This document shows, in pieces, positions 27,481 through 37,700 of a stretch of DNA of 56,417 nucleotides; position 1 is the first letter of the stretch, and each line of letters begins with the position of its first letter. Source of the DNA: Prorocentrum cordatum (taxonomy: Eukaryota); assembly GCA_963575745.1 (NCBI GenBank), contig CAUYUJ010000090.1, forward strand, positions 62,001 through 118,417, written 5' to 3'. The translations under genes and the position numbers were made by a program. The notes beneath the pieces were generated by a model. It was not told the DNA's origin and did not search any database. It saw only the letters and a list, made by a program, of their open reading frames with translations.

Positions 27481-30400
27481 ATTACCCTGTGACGTACCCA
27501 ACCCATTTGTATCATGGGAAACGAGGAGTTGGCCGAAACGTGCATGGACAATCAAATTGCAGGATCCGTTGTTTGATCTGTAAGCTACTTGGGACACGCG
27601 CCTATGGCATGATGCGCAGGAGAACCATGCAAGAACGAGGGGCGACAACTACAGGCTCGAAGAGGACATGGGGAGTCGGGAACGAAGAGCAGGAGAAAGA
27701 CGTGCGGGAAGCCCACTGTGCTGGGCCCCCCAGCAGGCCTCGAAAGTGGCGACAGTTTCACAGATCGCGCCCCCCCCAGGGATGGCGAGGTCTAATTTGA
27801 ATCCGCGGTGGCGACCAACTGCGCTGGGCCCCCCAGCAGGCCTCGAAAGTGGCGACAGTTTCACAGATCGCAGCCCCCCAGGGATGGCGAGGTCTAACTT
27901 GAGTCTGCGGTGGGTACCCACTGTGCTGAGCCCCCCAGCAGGCCTCGAAAGTGGCGACGGTTTCACAGATCGCAGCCCCTCCAGGGATGGCGAGGTCTAA
28001 TCTGAGTCCGCGGTGAGTACCCACTGTGCTGTGCCCCTCAGCAGCCCTCGAAAGTGGCAAGGTCTAATATGAGTCCGCGGTGTGTACCCACTGTGCTGGG
28101 CCCCCCAGCAGGCCTCGAAAGTGGCGACAGTTTCACAGATCGCAGCCCCCCAGGGATGGCGAGGTCTAATTTGAGTCCGCGGTGTGTACTCATTGTGCTG
28201 GGCCCCCCAGCAGGCCTCGAAAGTGGCGACAGTTTCACAGATCGCAGCCCCCCAGGGATGGCGAGGTCTAATTTCAGTCCGCGCGTGTACTCACTGTGCT
28301 GGGCCCCCCAGCAGGCCTCGAAAGTGGCGACAGTTTCACAGATCGCAGCCCCCCAGGGATGGCGAGGTCTAATCTGAGTCCGCGGTGAGTACCCACTGTG
28401 CTGTGCCCCTCAGCAGCCCTCGAAAGTGGCAAGGTCTAATATGAGTCCGCGGTGTGTACCCACTGTGCTGGGCCCCCCAGCAGGCCTCGAAAGTGCGACA
28501 GTTTCACAGATCGCAGCCCCCCAGGGATGGCGAGGTCAGTCCGCGGTGGGTACCCACTGTGCTGGCCCCCCAGCAGCCTCTACAGTTTCACAGATCGCAG
28601 CCCCCCAGGGATGGCGAGGTCTAATTTGATCGCGGTGGCCCCACTGTGCTGGGCCCCCCAGCAGGCCCTCGAAAGTGGCGACAGTTTCACAGATCGCAGC
28701 CCCCCAGGGATGGCGAGGTCTAATTTGAATCGCGGTGGTACCCACTGTGCTGGGCCCCCCAGCAGGCCTCGAAAGTGGCGACAGTTTCACAGATCGACGT
28801 CTAATTTCAGTCCGCGGTGGGTACCCACTGTGTTGAGCCCCCCAGCAGGCCTCGAAAGTAACGAGAGTTTCACAGATCGCAGCCCCCCAGAGATGGCGAG
28901 GTCCAATTTGAGTCCGCGGTGTGTACCCACTGTGCTGGGCCTCCCAGCAGGCCTCGAAAGTGGCGACAGTTTCACAGATCGCAGCCCCCCAGGGATGGCG
29001 AGGTTAGTTTGAGTCGCGGGTGGTTGGGGGTGTACGCTCTGTGCGGTGGCCCCCCCAGATCGCAGGCCCCCAGGGATGGCGATGTCTAATTTGAGTCTGC
29101 GGTGGGTACCCACTGTGCTGGAACCCACAGCAGGCCTCGAAAGTGGCGACAGTTTCACAGATCGCAGCCCCCCAGGGATGGCGAGGTCCCATTTGAATCC
29201 GCCGTGGGCACCCACTGTGCTGGGCCCCCCAGCAGGCCTCGAAAGTGGCGACAGTTTCACAGATCGCAGCCCCCCAGGGATGGCGAGGTCCCATTTGAAT
29301 CCGCCGTGGGTACCCACTGTGATGGGCCCCCCAGCAACCCTCGAAAGTGGCGACAGTTTCACAGATCGCAGCCCCCCAGGGATGGCGAGGTCTAATTTCA
29401 GTCCGCGGTGTGTTCCCACTGTGCTGGGCCCCCCAGCAGGCCTCGAAAGTGGCGACAGTTTCACAGATCGCAGCCCCCCAGGGATGGCGAGGTCCCAATT
29501 GAGTCCGCCGTGGGTGCCCACTGCGCTGGGCCCCCCAGCAGGCCTCGAAAGTGGCGACAGCTTCACAGATCGCAGCCCCTCAGGGATGGCGAGGTCCCAT
29601 TTGAGTCCGCCGTGGGTACCCACTGTGCTGGGCCCCCCAGCAGGCCTCAAAAGTGGCGACAGTTTCACAGATCGCAGCCCCCCAGGGATGGCGAGGTGCA
29701 ATTTCATTCCGCCGTGTGTACCCACTGTGCTGGGCCCCCCAGCAGGCCTCGAAAGTGGCGACAGTTTCACAGATCGCAGCCCCCCAGGGATGGCGAGGTC
29801 CCATTTGATTCTGCGGTGGGTACCCACTGTGCCGGGCCCCCCAGCAGGCCTCGAAAGTGGCGACAGTTTCACAGATCGCAGCCCCCCAGGGATGGCGAGG
29901 TCTAATTTGGGTCCGCGCGTGGCGTCACTGTGCTGGGCCCCCCAGCAGGCCTCGAAAGTGGCGACAGTTTCACAGATCGCAGCCTCCAGGGGATGGCGAG
30001 GTCTCATTTGAATCTGCCCGTGGCGTCACTGCGCTGGGCCCCCCAGCAGGCCTCGAAAGTGGCGACAGTTTCACAGATCGCAGCCCCCCAGGGATGGCGA
30101 GGTCTAATGTGGGTCCGCCCGTGGCGTCACTGTGCTGGGCCCCCCAGCAGGCCTCGAAAGTGGCGACAGTTTCACAGATCACAGCCCCCCAGGGATGGCG
30201 AGGTCTAATTTGGGTCCGCGCGTGGCGTCACTGTGCTGGGCCCCCCAGCAGGCCTCGAAAGTGGCGACAGTTTCACAGATCGCAGCCCCCCAGGGATGGC
30301 GAGGTCTAATTTGGGTCCGCGCGTGGCGTCACTGTGCTGGGACCCCAGCAGGCCTCGAAAGTGGCGACAGTTTCACAGATCGCAGCTCCCCAGGGATGGC

Positions 30401-31837
30401 GAGGTCTAATTTGGGTCCGCCCGTGGCGTCACTGTGCTGGGCCCCCTAGCAGGCCTCGAAAGTGGCGACAGTTTCACAGATCGCAGCCCACCAGGGATGG
30501 CGAGGTCTAATTTGAATCCACGCGTGGCGTCACTGTGCTGGGCCCCCCAGCAGGCCTCGAAAGTGGCGACAGTCTCACAGATCGCAGCCCCCCAGGGATG
30601 GCGAGGTCCAATTTGAGTCCGCCGTGTGTACCCACTGTGCTGGGCCCCCCAGCAGGCCTCGAAAGTGGCGACAGTTTCACAGATCGCAGCCCCCCAGGGA
30701 TGGCGAGGTCTAATTTGGGTCCGCCGTGTGTACCCACTGTGCTGGGCCCCCCAGCAGGCCTCGAAAGTGGCGACAGTTTCACAGATCGCAGCCCCCCAGG
30801 GATGGCGAGGTCTAATTTGAGTCCGCCCGTGTGTACCCACTGTGCTGGGCCCCCCAGCAGGCCTCGAAAGTGGCGACAGTTTCACAGATCGCAGCCCCCC
30901 AGGGATGGCGAGGTCTAATTTGAATCCGCCGTGTGTACCCACTGTGCTGGGCCCCCCAGCAGGCCTCGAAAGTGGCGACAGTTTCACAGATCGCAGCCCC
31001 CCAGGGATGGCGAGGTCCAATTTGAGTCCGCCGTGGCGTACCCACTGTGCTGGGCCCCCCAGCAGGCCTCGAAAGTGGCGACAGTTTCACAGATCGCAGC
31101 CCCCCAGGGATGGCGAGGTCAATTTGGGTCCGCCGTGGGTACCCACTGTGCTGGGCCCCCCAGCAGGCCTCGAAAGTGGCGACAGTTTCACAGATCGCAG
31201 CCCCCCAGGGATGGCGAGGTCCAATTTCAATCCGCCGTGTGTACCCACTGTGCTGGGCCCCCCAGCAGGCCTCGAAAGTGGCGACAGTTTCACAGATCGC
31301 AGCCCCCCAGGGATGGCGAGGTCCAATTTGATCCGCCGTGTGTACCCACTGTGCTGGGCCCCCCAGCAGGCCTCGAAAGTGGCGACAGTTTCACAGATCG
31401 CAGCCCCCCAGGGATGGCGAGGTCTAATTTGAGTCCGCGGTGTGTACCCACTGTGCAGGGCCCCCCAGCATGCCTCGAAAGTGGCGACAGTTTCACAGAT
31501 CGCAGCCCCCCAGGGATGGCGAGGTCCCATTTGAGTCCGCCGTGTGTACCCACTGTGCAGGGCCCCCCAGCAGCCCTCGAAAGTGGCGACAGTTTCACAG
31601 ATCGCAGCCTCCCAGGGATGGCGAGGTCCCATTTGAGTCCGCCGTGTGTACCCACTGTGCTGGGCCCCCCAGCAGCCCTCGAAAGTGGCGACAGTTTCAC
31701 AGATCGCAGCCCCCAAGCTGGCACGCAGCGACGAGCGAGGCAAAAGGCAAGGGGGAAGAGAGGGGCGGGAAGGAGGCAAGGCGACGCGCGAGCAGTGCTC
31801 TATTCAAAACGAGAACCCAACGCAGGAGGGTTGGGAA
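27481..31837. mobile_element. Composite satellite-carrying element, copy 5 (about 39 units of 101-102 bp, 27712-31715)
   Basis: Same left end and leader as copies 2 and 3; same right-end motif at 31795-31837. Confidence 0.8.
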
Positions 31838-32165
31838 AAAACGCAGACCTCCGAGGATCTCCGAAAGCCCCCCTGAGGCAACCCCGGAGAACCTCCAAGA
31901 GCCCCTGGCCCCGTCCGAAGATCCCCGAAGACCAGGAGAGCCCAGAATCGAATCGATAAGTCGGATCGGCGATCGAATCGGATCGGCGGATCGGCAGCCA
32001 AGTCGGGAAAAGTCGAATCGGCGGAAATCGGCAGGCGAATGTGCCTCCAATACGAAATCGGAACCCAAAGCGAAATCCCAAGTCGAAGCGGATTGGAATC
32101 GGAAGCCACCGACATCGCATCGAATCGGGTCGGAGGAGTCGAAATGAGCTCCGGAAGACCTCCCA

Positions 32166-32323
32166 TTATCAGCCTGGAACATATCCCTATCCCTATGCTG
32201 GGCATCTCCTCATCACGGTGCCGATCTTAGGGATGCCCTTATTTTTTGAGGGCGGATCCCTAAGATTGTCATCGCCTCTTGGCGTGTCAATCTTAGGGAT
32301 GGGGATAGGTTCGAGGCTGGTGA
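32166..32323. mobile_element. MITE-like element, 158 bp, 30-bp TIRs, 5-bp TSD TCCCA
   Basis: TIRs 32166-32195 and 32294-32323 match 25/30. TCCCA at 32161-32165 and 32324-32328. Internal inverted pair atcttagggat/atccctaagat. Confidence 0.7.
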
Positions 32324-32877
32324 TCCCAGGGCCGCGGCCGAACGACCTCGGCGAAAAACGCCCGGGCGCACGCGCGCGAAACGCGGCGGCGCCGCGGCGG
32401 CAGACAGGCCGGCGGCGCGCTCTCCTATAGAGGCCTCCCAGCCGGGGTCCGAGCGGAGGGGGTCCACGGATCGCGCCGCGTCGCCACAATGCATCGAGGC
32501 TGCCTCGGCGATGCCTCGGCGACGCGTCGGGGCTGCACCGGGCGACGCGTCGTCGACGTCGGCGAGGCATCGGCGCCGTCGGCGAGGAGAAAAAGCGGGC
32601 TCCGCATCGGGCCGCATCGGCGATGCCTCGGCGATGCGGCGCGATCCTCCGACGCCATCTACTCCAGAAGAGGAAAAAACGCCATGAAAGTGAACTTTTA
32701 GCGCTCCGCGCGGATTTCTTGGATCTGGCCTGGAACCTCCTCCCTAGGGCGCCAGGTGCGGCGCCGGAGGCGCCGCCGAGGGGACCCAGCGTGGATGCAA
32801 GACATCCGCGCGGAGCGCCCAAAGTTTATGGTTGCGGCGTTTTTGGTTCGTCGATACTCGGAACCCATCTAGGAGGC

Positions 32878-32946
32878 CTGGAGCTCCTGGGTCGACGCCT
32901 GCGTGCTGTTGCAGAGGACCACGTTCTGGGCGCGCTCGGCGTCCGC
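32878..32946 (-). CDS. Host coiled-coil gene, 2nd visible exon (ADAERAQNVVLCNSTQASTQELQ)
   Basis: 69 nt, acceptor GAG|G (AG at 32948-32947), GC donor at 32877-32876, phase 0. The acceptor choice is less certain than for the other exons. Confidence 0.65.
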
Positions 32947-34495
32947 CTCCGCGCGCGCGCGCGGGGGAGGAGCGGGGCAGCCTTCGGGCAGCAGCTTGGG
33001 CCTCAGAGGGAGGGGGGCGGGAGGCGGAGGGGAGGGCTCGGGGGCGGGGATAGGAGAGGAGGGGAGGAGGAGAGGAGAAGTAGGGAAGATGAGGAGGAGG
33101 AGGAGGACGACGACGACGACGACGACGAGGCAGAGGATGAGGGGTAAGGAGGCGGAACTGGAGAGCGAGGGGGAGGAGGAAGAGGCGGGAGCGAAGGACG
33201 AGGAAACGGAGGCGGAGGCGAAGACGGAGGAGGAGCAGGAGGAGCAGGAAGAGGGAGAGGCGGAAGAGGAGGAAAAGGAGGAGGAGGAGGAGGAGGAGGA
33301 GGAGGAGGAGGCCGAGGGAAGGGAGGCGCAGGAGAAGGATCGGGGAGGCGACGGGGGCCTGGGGAAGACACGAGCTAACCCCCGAGGAAGCTTGCAGCAG
33401 GGCGCTGCCAGCGGAGGGAGACAAGAGGCCCTGTCCCCGCCCGCCGTCGCCGCAAGCGCGGGGGAAGACTGGCCTCTTGCTGGGATCGGCAGGAATTTCT
33501 GGCTCTCGCCGGGGAACTCCGTGGCCCGGGTGGCTGTTGCGCCACGTGTGCCACAGCTGCTGCGAGGTGTCCCCCGCTCTGGCCCCCATATGGTGCTCCG
33601 CGGGTGGTGCGCGGTGGCTGGAGCTCTACAAGGCCTCAATGGGTGCGACGCCTCCCTCTCGCCGTGGGGCTGTGTGAACGGGGCTAGATCGCTGGTGGTC
33701 CACGACGCGTCAGTTGTTGCCTTATGTGTCGTACCCTGGTGGCCTGTGTCGTACCCTGTGGTTGGTGCTCGACGATGCCTCAATGGCTGCAGCGTCAGGC
33801 TCTCGCCCTGGTGCTGCACGGGTCATGCTACATGACCGATCCTTTGATGATGCCGCGGATACTGAAACCTTTCGCTCTCGCCATGATGCTCGACGCATGG
33901 TGCCCTGTGTTTGGTGATATGCTGTTTGTCTCGTTTCCGTCATGGTGCTTCATACGTGGTGCTATACAGCTGGTGTTCTACGATGCACTAGTTGCTGCGA
34001 CGTCTCGTTCTCGCCCTGTGGCCCGTGCCCTAAGATGCACCAGCTGCTGCGATGTCTCGACCTCGCAGTTGAAATCCAAGGGCTGTGGTGTATTATAAGT
34101 GGTTGCAGTGTCTCGGTGTGCTCTACGGGTGGTGCTCAGTGGTCGGTGCTCTTCGAAGCACCAGATGCCTCGATGTCTTGTTCTCGCCCTGATGCCTCAC
34201 TAAGGGTGCTCGATGGCTGGTGCTCGATGGTGCCCTAAGTGCTGCAATGTATCGTTGTAGCTCTGGTGCTCTGCATGTGCCCTATGGCTGGCTAGTGTGA
34301 GTTGCGTGTTCTGGTTGCCGCGCCCACTCCTGGCCTTGACGTGAGGCCCCTCCTTCTGCCTTCCCCCCTCTGTTAATTAAAGCTGTGCGCGGCCCGCTTG
34401 GCTTCGACCGGAAGAGGTGCGCTCTCGACCCGCGGATCAAAAAAAATCTGGTTGCCGCCGTGGTGCCATGTGGGTGGTGCCGTATGGTTGGTGCC

Positions 34496-34703
34496 TGTAG
34501 ATTCTGTGTGTTAAACATATTGACACGCGTGCGTGCAGCGCCGGCGCTTGGGCTCGAGCAAAAGTGTGCGCTCCCTCCCACGGCAGTTGCAACGGGGGCG
34601 GGGCGGTGATAGTGGCTATCGGGCACTATCGATCGAGTTCGAGTGAGTGACGAACCCAGGGACTCGGAGGAGACGCCTGGGGATAGTTCTGACGAGAACG
34701 AGG
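34496..34703 (+). repeat. 5' LTR (207-208 bp)
   Basis: TGTAGATTCTGTG...GACGAGAACGAGG, identical by eye to 42906-43113. Confidence 0.97.
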
Positions 34704-34704
34704 T

Positions 34705-34716
34705 TGGCAGCGGAGC
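34705..34716 (+). other. Candidate primer-binding site TGGCAGCGGAGC
   Basis: Begins with TGG 1-2 nt after the 5' LTR. Resembles initiator-Met-type or Leu-type PBS sequences; cognate tRNA not determined. Confidence 0.5.
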
Positions 34717-34786
34717 GAGTGGTTGGCCCCACCGACTCCAGACGACTAAGAGGGACTAGCCATCCCATCGAGAGAAGTTTGTGGCC

Positions 34787-37700
34787 ATGGCAAGTGACTA
34801 CCACAACGCGGTGGATCCCAAGGTCCCGGTGCTGAAGGGTGAGACTCTGAAGGACTTCACCAGGTACAAGCGTGCTGTGCAGGCCGCGGAGCTGAGCTGC
34901 GAGAGCGCAGAGCAGAAGAGATCGCTAGGGCCGAAGCTGTACCGCAACCTGCTGGGCGCGGATAACTCGATCAGCGTGCTGATCGAGCAGTCGGATCCTG
35001 CAGACTACGCGACGGAGGACGGCGCTCGAGTGCTGCTGAAGTTCCTAGAGGACCAGCGCTTCGCCAAGAGCAGCTTCAGGGAGCTGCCGAAGGCATTCGA
35101 TCAGTTCTTCGACCAGACGCACTTCGAGCGCAAGGGCGAAGAGCCGATGGCGGCATTCTGCACAGCGATGGAGGTAGCCAAGCGGAACCTCGAGGAGGTC
35201 GACCCGGACACGAAGATCAGCGCCAACGAGCTGGGCTACCACACGCTGAAGCGCAGCGGTCTGGACAGAGACGAGCGCAACTTAGTGATTGCCCGGGCGG
35301 AGGAGACATTCGACTTCCAGAAGATCAGCACGACTCTGAAGAATCTCTTCCCCCGAGGCGGAGGCAAGCACCGAGAACGACAAGCTCGCGCCGGATGGCG
35401 CTGGGCGAACTACGCAGACGGTGATCCCACCGCGGACGAGGATGACACGGTCGACGAGTACTGGGTCCAGGACGACGACGGGTACTGGTACGAGTGGGAC
35501 GAGGAGCGCGGCACCTACGCGGCCCTCGACGACGACGACGACGAGTGGGACAGCAGTGACCTGTTCTACATCGAGGACGGCGCGGACGCGTACCTAGCGA
35601 ATGAGGACGATGACTACCACCAGGCCCTCGTCACGCTGCGCGAGAGCCGCTTCAAGATGAACAAGATCAGGGCGGCGCGCGGATTCTTCAAAGGCAAGAT
35701 CGACGGAATCGTGGACGAGAGTGCTGCGGCCGGCGGCAAGGCGGCCGGGAAGGGAAGCAAAGGCGGCGGCAAAGGTAAGGACAAAGGAAAGTCCAAGGAT
35801 AAGAAGTGCGGCAACTGCGGCCGGATGGATCATGCTACGCAGGACTGCACGACGCCAAGAGCTTCCGGCCGACCGGCAAGCAAGGGCTTCAAGGGCCGCG
35901 GCAAAACGAGCAAGGCGGGACGTCCACGACGGCTGGGCTTCTGGGCCATGACGACGCTGGTGTGCGTCATGCCGGACCTGTTCAGCAACGGGAGTGTCGA
36001 GAGCCAGGAGGTCGCGATGGTGAAGGTCGAGGAGTCCACCGAGCACGACATCATGATGACCGACACCGAGGGCGACTACCACCTGCCCGACGTTCCCGAG
36101 GTCGACGTGATGATCTCGAGCGAGATCGTCTCGGCCTCCCTGCTGGACAGCGGGGCCACTGTGGCGGTGGCCGGGCGCGGCTGGCTGGACAAGCAGAAGA
36201 CGGAGCTGGCGAAGTACGGCCTCGAGCCGATCATCGTGGACGCCGTCCAGAAGTTCAAAGGACTCGGCGGCGCACGACGCGAGGCCAAGAAGAAGTGGAT
36301 CCTGCCGATCGGGATCGGCAAGGTGCATGTGATCCAGGAGTACTTCGAGATCCCTGGCGACATGATCGGCCTGACGAGCAAGAAGAACTTGGCGGACTGG
36401 AAGACGAACCTCTACTTACGCGAGGACGGCCAGTGGGCCGACTTCGAGGAGCTGGGCCTGTACGACATGGAGCTGATGAAGCTGCCCGGAGGTCACGCGG
36501 GGATCGACATCCTCGACTTCGACCTAGAGTCGTACGAGGCGGACCCCTTGTTCGAGCAGTTCCGCATCAGGACCGAGAGCGTCCAGCACAGCGACCCGGA
36601 GGTGTTCCTGGTGGCGGAGACGCTGCAGTCGGGGCCCGACTTCAAGCACCAGGACGACGCCGACCGGTGGGTCCAGGAGGCCATCAAGAACGGCAACAAG
36701 GGCATATTCAAGAAGAACACGCTCAAGAGGATCGACAGACTCATGAAGGAGTATGCGGTCATATTCGATGTGCTGCGAGACAACAACGAGACGTTTCTCT
36801 GGGAGCTGTTTGCGAAGGAGGCGCGTTTTACTCGTGTAGCTTCGAAGGGAGGTCACGTGAATGCGACCCCCTCGGATTTAACGACAGGTGTGAACTTCAA
36901 CGACCCGAAGGTGCGATCGGATTTTCTGTTTTTGATCAGGATCTTTCAGCCCTGGATGGTTTCGGTCGCATTCCCGTGCACCGCCCACTCGAATATGCAA
37001 GAGTTTCAACGTGCTCAGGGCATGGGCGACCGGGTGGACGACCTGATCCAGGAGTTCGAGCCGCTGATCAGCTTCTCAGCGGAGGTGCTCCAGGTACAAG
37101 CTGAAGGTGGACGCATCGGCATCGGCGAGAACCCTCTCACCAGCCGGGCGTGGCAGGAAGCACCGATCGTGAACCTGCTCAGCTGGCACGGTGATAAGCC
37201 ACCGCTCTACGAGACGGTCACGCTGCACCAGTGCATGTACGGGCTCACGGACAACTACGGCGACCCGATCCGCAAGCCGACGCGCATGATGGTGCCCAAC
37301 GGCTCGTGCTTTCCCGACTGGCTCGAGCGTAAGTGCGACGGGAGCCACAAGCACGCCGACATGGTTGGGCGCAGCGCGGAGCTGGCACAGGCTAGCGCCT
37401 GGCCGGACGACCTGGGCAAGACCCTGGTGGCTGCGGGCACTCACGAGCTGGCGCGACGGACCAGCCCGAAGGAGATGCGCATTGGGAGCAATACGACGAA
37501 GTCCCCGAGCAAGCAGGTGGTGAACGCTGTGGCTAAGGCGTTCAAGCTGAGGAAGGAGCTGATCGACGTGCGCGTATTGACGGGCACCGAGGAGATTACC
37601 CCACCTCGTGGAGCTATACGGAGGATCTACGCGATGTACTCCAACGACGGAGTGCTGGCAGACTACAGCGACGCCTACGCGGGCGACCAGGACTTCGCGA

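Noticed and set aside
14228..31715. CRISPR-like constant/variable array
   Set aside because: Variable segments are related variants rather than unique spacers, the constant part is too long, and no cas genes are present.
17326..31959. 34-aa repeat proteins (MARSNLSLRWVPTVLGPPAALESGDSFTDRSPPG)
   Set aside because: Consequence of a stop-poor 102-bp unit; open on both strands and broken by 101-bp units.
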